From Nitrospirota bacterium (lineage in GTDB: Bacteria; Nitrospirota; UBA9217), in the NCBI GenBank assembly GCA_021814615.1, contig JAKAHZ010000005.1:4786-68785 (forward strand): a DNA stretch of 64,000 nt, written 5' to 3'. A program made the position numbers and the translations under genes. Below, one piece after another: positions 39,473 through 48,188 of this stretch (positions are counted from its first letter, which is position 1; each line of letters opens with the position of its first letter). Under the pieces are notes generated by a model. The model worked only from the letters and a program-made list of their open reading frames with translations. It ran no database searches and was not told where the DNA came from.

Positions 39473-40348
39473 ATGAGACCGCGGGAATTGCGGACGAAAA
39501 TATTCCTGGACGGCGGGAACCCGTTCGAGACCTGGGACATCATCAGCAGGCTCGGCTTCCTCGACGGCCAGACCACGAACCCCACCTTGATCTCGAAGAA
39601 TCCCGACGCGGCCGAGCGGCTTCGCCGCGGCGAACGGTTTTCGGGCGACGAGGTCATGGCGTTCTATCGCCATGTGGTGAAGGAAATCTCGGGCCTGATC
39701 CCCGAGGGGTCGGTGTCCATCGAGGTGTACGCGGACCGGTCCACGCCGGCGGAGTCCATGCTCGCCCAGGCGCGGGACATGTTCGGCTGGATCCCGAACG
39801 GGCACATCAAGTTCCCGGTGAACCGGGAAGGTTTGAAGGCCGCCGCCCGTGCGGTGAAGGAGCGGATGCGCGTGAACATGACGCTTTGTTTCTCCCAGGA
39901 GCAGGCTGCGGCGGTATACGCGGCCACCGCGGGTGCGCGGAGAGGCACGGTCTACGTGTCGCCCTTTGTCGGAAGGCTCGACGACCGGGGCGTGAACGGC
40001 ATGGACCTGATCGGGAACATCCTTACTATGTACGGAGCGGGAGACGGCCACGTGCAGGTGCTGACCGCAAGCGTGAGGAAGCTCGAACATCTGCTGGAAG
40101 CGATCAGGCTCGGGTCGGACATCGTCACTGCGCCCTACGAGGTCCTGAAAGCCTGGGCTGACGGCGGCATGGCCATGCCCGGCCCGGATTTCCGTTATCC
40201 GGTGGAAAACCTCGCGCCGATCCCCTATCGGGAGATCGATATCAGGCGGCCCTGGGAAACCTACGACATCCGGCACGAGCTGACGGACAAGGGCATGGAA
40301 CGGTTCTCCGCGGACTGGAACGGCCTGATCACGAAGCGGGCCGCGTGA
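39473..40348 (+). CDS. tal: Transaldolase-family protein (Tal/FSA-like)
   Basis: 'KIFLDGGNPFE...GQTTNPTLI' and 'KFP' active-site Lys region. An alternative ATG at 39431 overlaps the gnd stop (ATGA). Confidence 0.7.
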   Translation: MRPRELRTKIFLDGGNPFETWDIISRLGFLDGQTTNPTLISKNPDAAERLRRGERFSGDEVMAFYRHVVKEISGLIPEGSVSIEVYADRSTPAESMLAQARDMFGWIPNGHIKFPVNREGLKAAARAVKERMRVNMTLCFSQEQAAAVYAATAGARRGTVYVSPFVGRLDDRGVNGMDLIGNILTMYGAGDGHVQVLTASVRKLEHLLEAIRLGSDIVTAPYEVLKAWADGGMAMPGPDFRYPVENLAPIPYREIDIRRPWETYDIRHELTDKGMERFSADWNGLITKRAA

Positions 40349-40388
40349 GGAACATTCTCATCGCGGAGGAGCGAGTAAGACAAAGCAT

Positions 40389-40545
40389 GATAACGTCGCA
40401 AAAAGTCGATTATTACCACAGAGACACTGAGGACACGGAGAAAATCCTCGTATTTTCAAACTGCTTTTCTCTGTGAGAGGAGCGCGAAGTCGGACAACGC
40501 ACGATAACGTCGCGAGAAGTCGATTAATACCACGGAGACACAGAG
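40389..40545 (+). repeat. REP-like element copy B with duplicated left arm, upstream of zwf
   Basis: 'gataacgtcgcaaaaagtcgattattaCCACAGAGACACTGAGGACACGGAGAAAATCCTCGTATTTTCAAACTGCTTTTCTCTGTG', then a second 'gataacgtcgcgagaagtcgattaataCCACGGAGACACAGAGG'. Confidence 0.65.
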
Positions 40546-40580
40546 GGCAGTGCCAGTCCTTCCGATTCAGAGGCTGCGAG

Positions 40581-42152
40581 ATGGACAAAACAAGCGTTGT
40601 TGACGAGATGAGGGATTCGGCAGCGGAAAAGACGCCGTCGCCGTCGTACGCTTTCGTGGATTACTGCGCCGTGGAGACGCCGGGTCCGCGGGGGCTTGTC
40701 ATTTTCGGCGCTTCAGGGGATCTGACGGCGCGGAAGCTGATGCCCTCGCTCTATCGCCTCTTCGCCAAGGGGCTCCTGCCCAATGCCTTCTTCGTGCTCG
40801 GCACGAGCAGGTCGGAGATGGACGACGCCGGCTTCCGCGCGAGCATGGCCGATGCGGTCCGGGATGCGGCGCCGGGCGTTTTCGAAGAAGCGCAGTGGTC
40901 GCGCTTTGCCGAACGGCTCCATTACACCGCCATGCGTTACGAAGATGACGCGGATTTTCGAAAGGGGCTCCGGGAACGGCTGCAGGAGCTCGAGCGGAAG
41001 TTCGACACGCAGGGGAACCGCATTTTCTATCTTGCCGTGCCGCCGCAGGTATTTTCTCCCGTCATCGAGAACCTGGGCGCCTCGGGTCTTTCGCGCGAGG
41101 AGCGGGGGTGCAGTCACCTGGTGGTGGAGAAGCCCTTCGGCCGCGATCTGGAATCGGCGCGGGAACTGAACCGGCGCATCCACAGACATTTCCGGGAGAA
41201 TCAGATCTTCCGGATCGATCATTATCTGGCCAAGGAAACGGTCCAGAACCTGCTCATGTTCCGCTTCGCCAACACCATTTTCGAGCCCCTCTGGAACCAG
41301 CGGTATGTGGACCATGTCCAGATCACCGCCGCCGAGACGCTGGGCATCGGCAGCCGCGCGGGTTATTACGAGCAGGCCGGCGTGCTGCGCGACATGTTCC
41401 AGAATCACATGCTCCAGCTGCTCTGCCTGACCGCCATGGAGCCGCCGTCGGCCTTCATCGCCGACCGGGTGCGCGATGAGAAGGCCAAGGTCCTGCGGTC
41501 GCTGCGCAGGCCCGACCCGGCATCGCTGGAAGGGACGCTGGCGCTCGGCCAGTATGGACGGGGAAGGATCGACGGCGCCGCGGCTGCGGCGTACCGGGAA
41601 GAGCCGGGAGTCGCGCCGGATTCCCTGACGCCGACCTATGCAGCCATGACGCTCTTCATCGACAACTGGCGCTGGAACGGCGTTCCCTTCTATCTCCGGT
41701 CGGGCAAAGGGCTGGCATCGCGCCGGACCGAGATCGCGGTCCATTTCAAGTCCGTGCCGTTCTCCATGTTCCCGGACAGCGTTGAAGGGCCCATTGCCTC
41801 CAACGTGCTGGTGCTCGGCATCCAGCCCGGCGAGGGCATGTCCCTGACCTTCCAGACGAAACAGCCCGGCAGCCGGATCTGCCTGAACCCCGTGGAGATG
41901 TCCTTCTCCTATCCCAAGGGCGTGTCGCTCGACGCCTACGAGTGGGTGCTCCTGGACTGCATGCTGGGCGACCACATGCTTTTCATGCGCGAAGACAGCA
42001 TCGAGCTCGCGTGGTCGATCCTGACCCCGGTGCTCGAAGCGGTGAGCGGGGGCAGGGGACCGCGCCTCTCGGTCTATCCCGCGGGAAGCGAAGGCCCCGC
42101 CGAGGCAGGCCGTCTTTTCGGCGCGTCGGGCAGGCGCTGGAGGCCGTTATGA
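40581..42152 (+). CDS. zwf: Glucose-6-phosphate 1-dehydrogenase
   Basis: 'LVIFGASGDLTARKL', 'RIDHYLGKE'-type motif 'RIDHYLAKE', 'EKPFG'. Confidence 0.9.
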   Translation: MDKTSVVDEMRDSAAEKTPSPSYAFVDYCAVETPGPRGLVIFGASGDLTARKLMPSLYRLFAKGLLPNAFFVLGTSRSEMDDAGFRASMADAVRDAAPGVFEEAQWSRFAERLHYTAMRYEDDADFRKGLRERLQELERKFDTQGNRIFYLAVPPQVFSPVIENLGASGLSREERGCSHLVVEKPFGRDLESARELNRRIHRHFRENQIFRIDHYLAKETVQNLLMFRFANTIFEPLWNQRYVDHVQITAAETLGIGSRAGYYEQAGVLRDMFQNHMLQLLCLTAMEPPSAFIADRVRDEKAKVLRSLRRPDPASLEGTLALGQYGRGRIDGAAAAAYREEPGVAPDSLTPTYAAMTLFIDNWRWNGVPFYLRSGKGLASRRTEIAVHFKSVPFSMFPDSVEGPIASNVLVLGIQPGEGMSLTFQTKQPGSRICLNPVEMSFSYPKGVSLDAYEWVLLDCMLGDHMLFMREDSIELAWSILTPVLEAVSGGRGPRLSVYPAGSEGPAEAGRLFGASGRRWRPL

Positions 42153-42895
42153 CCGGTATGCTCTCCCTCTCCCAGGTAAGGATCTGCGACGATCCTGCGG
42201 CTTTGGGCAGGGAGGCTGCAGAGGCGCTCGTTCGCGCCGCAGCCGATGCGACGGGTGCGCGCGGCAGGTTCTCGCTCGTGCTTCCCGGGGGATCGACACC
42301 GCGCCCGCTCTTCGAACTTCTGGGCAGGGAGCCGTACCGTTCCCGCGTTCCCTGGACGCGCACGCACCTCTTCTGGTCCGATGAGCGTCTCGTGCCGCCG
42401 GACCACGACGAGAGCAACTACGGACTTGCCGTCAGGACCTTTCTTCCCGCCCTGCCGGTGCCTGCCGAGCAGGTACATCGCATCAGGGCGGAGCTGGGCG
42501 GGGAGCTTGCGGCGGAAACCTACGAGAAAGAGCTCTGGCAGGCTTTCGGCGGATCGATCCCGGTCTTCGATCTTGTGATCCTGGGCGTGGGGGCGGACGG
42601 GCATACGGCATCGCTTTTTCCCGGATCGCCTGCCGTTGAAGAAGGATCGCGGCTTGCGTTCTTCGTGGCGGAGGAGCGCCGGGGCCTGCGCCGCGTCACG
42701 CTTACCCTCCCGGTCCTGAACAGCAGCCGGCGCGTGATCTTCCTCGCTTCCGGTTCCCGAAAGGCGAATATCGTCGCGAGCCTTTTCGACCCCTGCGACC
42801 ATCGACCCCTTCCCCTGAAGATGGTACGGCCGGAAAAGGGGGAGGTGGTGTGGATGATCGACCGGGAAGCCGCTGCCGGGCTTTCTGATACGTAG
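42149..42895 (+). CDS. pgl: 6-phosphogluconolactonase
   Basis: Start overlaps the zwf stop (ATGA). 'LVLPGGSTPRPLFELL', 'DERLVPPDHDESNY', 'LGVGADGHTASLFP'. Confidence 0.8.
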   Translation: MTGMLSLSQVRICDDPAALGREAAEALVRAAADATGARGRFSLVLPGGSTPRPLFELLGREPYRSRVPWTRTHLFWSDERLVPPDHDESNYGLAVRTFLPALPVPAEQVHRIRAELGGELAAETYEKELWQAFGGSIPVFDLVILGVGADGHTASLFPGSPAVEEGSRLAFFVAEERRGLRRVTLTLPVLNSSRRVIFLASGSRKANIVASLFDPCDHRPLPLKMVRPEKGEVVWMIDREAAAGLSDT

Positions 42896-43039
42896 CCGGG
42901 AATGTACGACTTTCTTCGTCCCTGCCTTGAGCAGCCGCCTTTTCACTGAGCTATACTTTGCTTGTGACTCGGGAGCGTGTCCGTCACTGATCGGCGATTC
43001 CGATTTCACCGCGAGGCCGGAGAGGACAGAGCCCCCCCT

Positions 43040-43085
43040 GCGGAGCGCAGTTTCCCTCCTCTGTTTCTCCGTGCCTCGGTGGTGA
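43040..43085 (+). repeat. Partial REP-like element (right arm only) upstream of sorA
   Basis: 'TCTGTTTCTCCGTGCCTCGGTGG' resembles the 'CTCTGTGTCTCCGTGCCTCTGCGG' arm of copies A and D. Confidence 0.4.
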
Positions 43086-43119
43086 AAAACGTTTTCATTT
43101 TTGAGGAAGGAGATCTCCG

Positions 43120-44316
43120 ATGAACAACGGCAAAGTATCCAGAAGACGGTTTTTGAGGACCGTGGGCACTGCCGCGGCAATGGCCGCCCTGGGCGGACCG
43201 GCGATCGAAGCCCTGGCCGCTCCCTATGAGCGGAAACTCGTGAGATTTCCCGAAAAGGGCGAACTCATCCTGCTCACGTCCCGTCCGCCGCAGCTCGAGA
43301 CGCCGCTGCCCCTGTTCAAGGATCTCGTCACGCCGAACGAAAACGTCTTCGTCCGTTGGCATCTCAGCGACATTCCCACGTCCGTCGATCTGGCCGCGTG
43401 GCGCCTGCAGGTGGGTGGAAACACGGAGAAGGAACTACAGCTCTCCATGGACGATCTGAAAAAGTTCGAGAAAGTCACCTTCACCGCAGTGATCCAGTGC
43501 GCGGGCAACGGCCGCAGTTTCTTCGCGCCCCGGGTGCCGGGAGGGCAGTGGAAGAACGGGGCCATGGCCAATGTGACCTGGAGCGGCGCCCGGCTCAGGG
43601 ACGTGCTGAACGCGGCGGGCGTTAAGGCGGGCTCCGTGGATGTCTCGTTCAACGGCCTGGACAAGGGGCCGCTTCCCACGGTACCTGACTTGATCAAGAG
43701 CCTGGTCATGGACAAGGCCCTGGAAGAGGATATCATCATCGCCTATGAAATGAACGGAAAGTCCCTGACGTTGCTGAACGGCTTCCCTGCGCGCCTGATC
43801 GTTCCGGGCTGGTATGCCACCTACTGGGTCAAGTCGCTCTCCGATATTTCCGTGAATACCAAGGCCTTCGAGGGATTCTGGATGAATCCGGCCTACCGCA
43901 TTCCCGACACGGAATGCGGCTGCATTCCCCCGGGGTCGAAGCCGGGCCGCACCGTGCCGATCAACCGCATGTCCACGCGGTCGCTCATCATCGCGCCCGG
44001 CGAGGGCGAGAAGCTGGCGAGGAACAAGCCGGCGAATATCATGGGTGTCGCTTTCTCGGGCGGCTACGGCATCAAAGATGTGGTCGTTTCAACGGACGGC
44101 GGCAGGACCTGGGCGAGGGCTGACCTCGGCAAGGACCTGGGCAAATATTCCTGGATCCAGTTCACCCTGCCCTGGAAGCCGGCGAAGGCGGGGAAATACA
44201 CGCTCATGGCCAAGGCCACGAACGGCATCGGCGATTCCCAGCCCTTCGAGGGGCTCTGGAACCCGGCGGGCTATCTCTGGAACAAGGTCGAACCGCTGAG
44301 CGTAACGGTAAACTAG
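43120..44316 (+). CDS. sorA: Sulfite dehydrogenase/oxidase molybdopterin subunit (SorA-like), Tat-exported
   Basis: Tat motif 'SRRRFLRTVG'; Mo-co binding region 'TAVIQCAGNGRSFF' (conserved Cys); C-terminal dimerisation domain. Confidence 0.75.
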   Translation: MNNGKVSRRRFLRTVGTAAAMAALGGPAIEALAAPYERKLVRFPEKGELILLTSRPPQLETPLPLFKDLVTPNENVFVRWHLSDIPTSVDLAAWRLQVGGNTEKELQLSMDDLKKFEKVTFTAVIQCAGNGRSFFAPRVPGGQWKNGAMANVTWSGARLRDVLNAAGVKAGSVDVSFNGLDKGPLPTVPDLIKSLVMDKALEEDIIIAYEMNGKSLTLLNGFPARLIVPGWYATYWVKSLSDISVNTKAFEGFWMNPAYRIPDTECGCIPPGSKPGRTVPINRMSTRSLIIAPGEGEKLARNKPANIMGVAFSGGYGIKDVVVSTDGGRTWARADLGKDLGKYSWIQFTLPWKPAKAGKYTLMAKATNGIGDSQPFEGLWNPAGYLWNKVEPLSVTVN

Positions 44317-44325
44317 GAGGATGAC

Positions 44326-44667
44326 ATGAAAAAGACCTTCATTGTATCGATCGTCGTTGTCCTCGCCGGCATTGTCCTCACCGGGTTCACGGGGGTTTCC
44401 CGCGCCGAAGAGCAGGGAACGGTTCATTCCATTCAACTCCCGATCATGCCCTTCGATCTTGCCGACGGTCCGGGCCGCAACAAGGCGGCGGGATATTGCG
44501 CCGTCTGCCACGGCGTCGAGTATATTCCCATGCAGCCGAAACTGAGCAAAGCCCAGTGGAATGCCACGGTCACGAAAATGATCAAGGCCTTCGGCGCGCC
44601 GATCCCGCAGGAAGACGCGGACACCATCGTATCCTATCTTGCCACTGCTTACGGAACGGGACAATAA
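44326..44667 (+). CDS. sorB: Monoheme cytochrome c (SorB-like partner subunit)
   Basis: Signal peptide and a single 'CAVCHG' heme-binding motif; sits immediately downstream of sorA. Confidence 0.6.
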   Translation: MKKTFIVSIVVVLAGIVLTGFTGVSRAEEQGTVHSIQLPIMPFDLADGPGRNKAAGYCAVCHGVEYIPMQPKLSKAQWNATVTKMIKAFGAPIPQEDADTIVSYLATAYGTGQ

Positions 44668-45233
44668 CTCGTTCCATCAAGTCCGAGCCGCGGCCCTTTC
44701 GAGCCTTCTTCTTCGCCGGCAAACGCAGCAAGGAGGCGGGGCCGCGGTCCCGGTTCTCTTTCGCTTCGCCTGTACCGCTATCGTTTCTTTCTTTTCATCC
44801 GTATTCAACGCAGATTTACGCTGATCATTTATGAGTGTGTATGAAAGGGCGTAATATGAGCAAAGGCTCTTTCAGCGAACATCATAATTCTGATCATGCT
44901 TTGTCAGCGTTGAATGAATGCTTCTCCTTTCCCCGCTGGCTTCCGCTTGTTACCCCCGTAGGGCATCTTTGTTGTATGGTGCAATGCGCTGTTTCGCAGA
45001 TTTCGGGAAGAAGGGTAACATCACCTTGGCGTCCATTTTGAGCCGAAAAACAGCGTGTAACTTGGTAACCAGGAATTTTCTGCTTTTTTCAAGAATAAAT
45101 TGACTTCATGGAATGGTCGTGATAAATCTAAACAAGACAACTACGATACCAACGAGATGATTGAAGTCTAGTGATCCTTGACGCGTTCCCACGGGAGGAC
45201 CGGTCATGCGATCTGATCGTGAGAACAAATGTA

Positions 45234-45278
45234 ACCGGGTCTCTGGAAGGTAACACCTTTCAGTGTTCCCGGTTTTTT
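45234..45278 (+). terminator. Two-tier hairpin + T6 terminator in an AT-rich intergenic island (end of a candidate sRNA)
   Basis: AACCGGG...CCCGGTT outer stem, CTGGAAGG/CCTTTCAG inner stem, then TTTTTT. Confidence 0.4.
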
Positions 45279-45435
45279 CGTTTTTAGGGCCGGTGTTTCG
45301 TTTAAAGCAAGCCGGAAGGAAGGGGTGACGTTAACCGGTTTCCGGCGGATTGGCTCATCGGCCAGGGCATGGCCCTGGCCGAGAGAAAGACTTGAAAACA
45401 AAGGAGCAGCAACTTACTGCTACAGGAGGGAATGT

Positions 45436-45639
45436 ATGTTGGATCATCTGATGAAAACGATCATATTCTCATGTATCACTCTGTTCGGCGCACGGGTGCT
45501 TCTTCCCGATCTGTTCGACAACATGGACGGGAGGAAACTGCTGGCATTATCCGTCGGGCTCCTGATCATCGTGGGAGCGGGAATCCTGGCATATCGCAGG
45601 TTCGTGGAGAACGCGAAGAACCATTCAGCGCATTCCTAA
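45436..45639 (+). CDS. Small membrane protein (67 aa)
   Basis: AGGAGGGAATGT-ATG RBS; two hydrophobic segments; followed by the terminator at 45678-45710. Confidence 0.4.
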   Translation: MLDHLMKTIIFSCITLFGARVLLPDLFDNMDGRKLLALSVGLLIIVGAGILAYRRFVENAKNHSAHS

Positions 45640-45677
45640 ATGCTGCGGATACCGCAGGCATTTCAGGGGGGGAGGAA

Positions 45678-45710
45678 GGGACATGAACGATTTCATGTCC
45701 CTTTTTATTT
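45678..45710 (+). terminator. Rho-independent terminator GGGACATGAA-CGAT-TTCATGTCCC + T5ATTT
   Basis: Read directly. Confidence 0.55.
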
Positions 45711-45880
45711 GTTATTTGTGTTCTCGGTGAGTTTTGATTATTAATGGTATCAAAATAGAAACGACATAAATAGCCGTCATTCCCGAGGCTTTAATCGGGA
45801 ATCTGGTGTTAAACCATATCCCCGATAAAAACATTCGGGGATGACAGACCAGGAAGAATCCAGATTATTATGAGACCGTT

Positions 45881-46006
45881 AATAAGTCGCAAAAAGTGCT
45901 TAGTACCGCGGAGACGCTGAGGACACGGAGAAAATCCGCGTATTTCCAAAGCGCTTTTCTCCGTGTCTCCGTGCTTCTCTGCGGCAGGTTTTGAATTCTT
46001 ACGAAT
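45881..46006 (+). repeat. REP-like nested-palindrome element, copy D
   Basis: 'agtcgcaaaaagtgcttagtaCCGCGGAGACGCTGAGGACACGGAGAAAATCCGCGTATTTCCAAAGCGCTTTTCTCCGTGTCTCCGTGCTTCTCTGCGGCAGGTTTTGAATTCTTACGAATC'; ~90% identical to copy A. Confidence 0.7.
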
Positions 46007-46198
46007 CTGTCATCTTTGTGGCCACAAAATAAAAAATCTTAGCCGGTGAGTCCTCCGAGAAAAATCATCATCTCTATCCCGTATCGATCCGCCTGCATTT
46101 TTTGCGTTTTCCGATTCCTCCCCGTGAACAAAGCTGATATAATTGAGCAAACATTCGCCGGATTCGTCAGGGTATTCTATGCCGGAAGGAGAGCAAGG

Positions 46199-47038
46199 GT
46201 GAAAATTACGTATTGGGGAGCACGGGGATCCATCCCGGTATCGGGTGCGGAATACGTGAAGTACGGCGGCGATACCACGTGCATCGAGGTGACGAGCAGG
46301 GACGGCGATACGATCATCGTCGACGCGGGCACGGGCCTTCGCAAACTCGGCAACAAGGCGCTTGCGTCGGGCAGGAAGCATGTCTCCCTCCTTTTTACCC
46401 ACGCCCATTGGGACCACTTGATGGGATTTCCCTTCTTCAAGCCCATCTACATGAAAGGAACGAAGATCGATCTCTACGGCTGTCCCTATGCCCAGGAATC
46501 GGTCAAGGCGATCCTGTCCAAGACCATGATGGCGCCCTATTTCCCCGTCGAATTCGGCATGATCCAGGCGGAGGTGACGTCGCGCGGGGTCTGCGACAGC
46601 GCCTTTGCCATCGGCCCGGTGGAGATCACGCCCATCCAGCTGAACCATCCGAACCAGGGCATCGGTTACCGGTTCATGGAGGACGGCAAGAGCTTTGTGT
46701 TCCTGACGGACAACGAGCTGACGTTGCGTCATAACGGGGGCGCTTCCTACGAGGAGTACGTCAAGTTTTCCGAAGGAGCGGACCTGCTGGTCCATGACGC
46801 GGAATACACCAAGGAACAGTACCAGCTGACCAAGGGCTGGGGCCATTCCGTGTACACCGATGCCCTGCGTCTGGCGCTCGATGCCAGGGCAAAGCAGTTC
46901 GGCCTGTTCCATCACAATCAGGAACGGTCCGACGCGGACCTGGACAAGCTGGTCGACGATTGCAACCGCATTGCGGCGGGAGAGGGCGCTGCGACACGCT
47001 GCTTCGGCGTGCAGGCGGGAACGGAAACGGAATTATGA
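46199..47038 (+). CDS. MBL-fold metallo-hydrolase
   Basis: GGAAGGA RBS then GTG start. 'THAHWDHLMGFPFF' is an HxHxDH-type metallo-beta-lactamase motif. A longer upstream in-frame extension is possible. Confidence 0.6.
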   Translation: MKITYWGARGSIPVSGAEYVKYGGDTTCIEVTSRDGDTIIVDAGTGLRKLGNKALASGRKHVSLLFTHAHWDHLMGFPFFKPIYMKGTKIDLYGCPYAQESVKAILSKTMMAPYFPVEFGMIQAEVTSRGVCDSAFAIGPVEITPIQLNHPNQGIGYRFMEDGKSFVFLTDNELTLRHNGGASYEEYVKFSEGADLLVHDAEYTKEQYQLTKGWGHSVYTDALRLALDARAKQFGLFHHNQERSDADLDKLVDDCNRIAAGEGAATRCFGVQAGTETEL

Positions 47039-47403
47039 CCATATCCCCTATCCTTCCGCGGCTGGTGCAGGCGGTGCTTGCCGGATGGCTCGTGCTTAAC
47101 GGTGTTCCCGTTTTTGCCGCTGGGCAGCCAGGCGCATCGGAAAAGGAGTTCTGCCGTCTCGATAAGAACAGCGACCGGGAGATCACGTTCGAGGAGTTTT
47201 CAGCATGCGAGTTCCACAATCTGGAGCATGTGAAAAACCTGCCTTACAGCGATCCGGAACTGTTTTCGAAAAGCAGCGAGAAGAAGATGACCGAGGATGA
47301 GCTGAAAGCCTATCTCTTCAACAAGGCGGACAGGAACAAGGACCGGAAGATCGACCGGAAGGAGTGGGAGGAGTTCTATCGTTCCACGATCGAAATTCCT
47401 TAA
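47035..47403 (+). CDS. Secreted EF-hand calcium-binding protein
   Basis: ATGA overlap with the preceding stop. Signal peptide. Two canonical EF-hand loops, 'DKNSDREITFEE' and 'DRNKDRKIDRKE' (D-x-[DN]-x-D-x-x-I-x-x-x-E). Confidence 0.45.
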   Translation: MTISPILPRLVQAVLAGWLVLNGVPVFAAGQPGASEKEFCRLDKNSDREITFEEFSACEFHNLEHVKNLPYSDPELFSKSSEKKMTEDELKAYLFNKADRNKDRKIDRKEWEEFYRSTIEIP

Positions 47404-47469
47404 TGCCGTGACGATTTGCGTCAGCATGATCAACCGGTGGCTTGGCGCTGCTCTGCGTTGACGTTCGTC

Positions 47470-47916
47470 TCACACGATCTTTTCGGCCACAAAATCCTGC
47501 TTGCTCCCGTCCCACCGAAAGCCCGTGATCTCCGCGATCCTGCGCCCCTGCACCGATATGACCACCTGCAGCGCGTCCGGGAACTCCGGCTCGCCGAAGA
47601 CCGTCTGCACGTCCTTGTCCATCTGCGAGAAGTACGCGCCGCAGTCGATGTGGGAGTGGTAGAAGGCGATCACCGCTTCGCCGTTCGACGCTGCGTCGGC
47701 GAAGATGCGCTCCATCTCGCCGCGGTCCATGTCATAGGCTTCGCGGCTCGTACGCGGATGCTGCTCCGGATCGCGTGCGTGCAGTTCGTCCTGCCGGTTC
47801 CGGCAGCGGTGCACGCGCTGGATCGCGCCCATTCCCGTCACAATGCCGCAGCATTCGCCGGGATAGTCCGCGACCGCATGGTCGCTCATGGCCTGGATCG
47901 CATCCTGCGTGAGCAT
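47470..47916 (-). CDS. JAMM/MPN+ (Mov34/M67-family) metalloprotease
   Basis: 'E.CGIVTG' and complete JAMM motif 'HSHIDCGAYFSQMD' (H-S-H-x7-S-x2-D). Confidence 0.6.
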   Translation of the reverse strand: MLTQDAIQAMSDHAVADYPGECCGIVTGMGAIQRVHRCRNRQDELHARDPEQHPRTSREAYDMDRGEMERIFADAASNGEAVIAFYHSHIDCGAYFSQMDKDVQTVFGEPEFPDALQVVISVQGRRIAEITGFRWDGSKQDFVAEKIV

Positions 47917-47978
47917 CGAAAAACCTCCCCTCGGGCTCCCCTTTACGAGGAACTCGGAAATAATCAATTCCAATTCTA

Positions 47979-48057
47979 GCCACAGAGGTCACCGAGGACT
48001 CAGAGAAGAAAATGTGTTTTCGGTCATTCCTCAGTTTTCTCTGTGCGCTCTGTGGCA
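47979..48057 (+). repeat. REP-like element copy E (diverged) upstream of transketolase
   Basis: 'GCCACAGAGgtcaccGAGGACTCAGAGAAgaaaatgtgttttcggtcatTCCTCAGTTTTCTCTGTGcgCTCTGTGGC' has the same nested inverted-repeat layout. Confidence 0.5.
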
Positions 48058-48188
48058 AATCTTGATTTTTCGATTTCATCATAGTATGCAAAAACCGGCC
48101 TGCTGTCCATTGCTATTCCACCCTTGAATTCATCTTGACTCTCCGTGCCTGAGGGGGAGATAATCCGGCCATTCGACCGGAAGGAACA

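Noticed and set aside
45800-45860. Integron attC-like site (GTTAAAC matches the GTTRRRY core)
   Set aside because: No integrase or cassette array, and a single heptamer match is expected by chance in AT-rich DNA.
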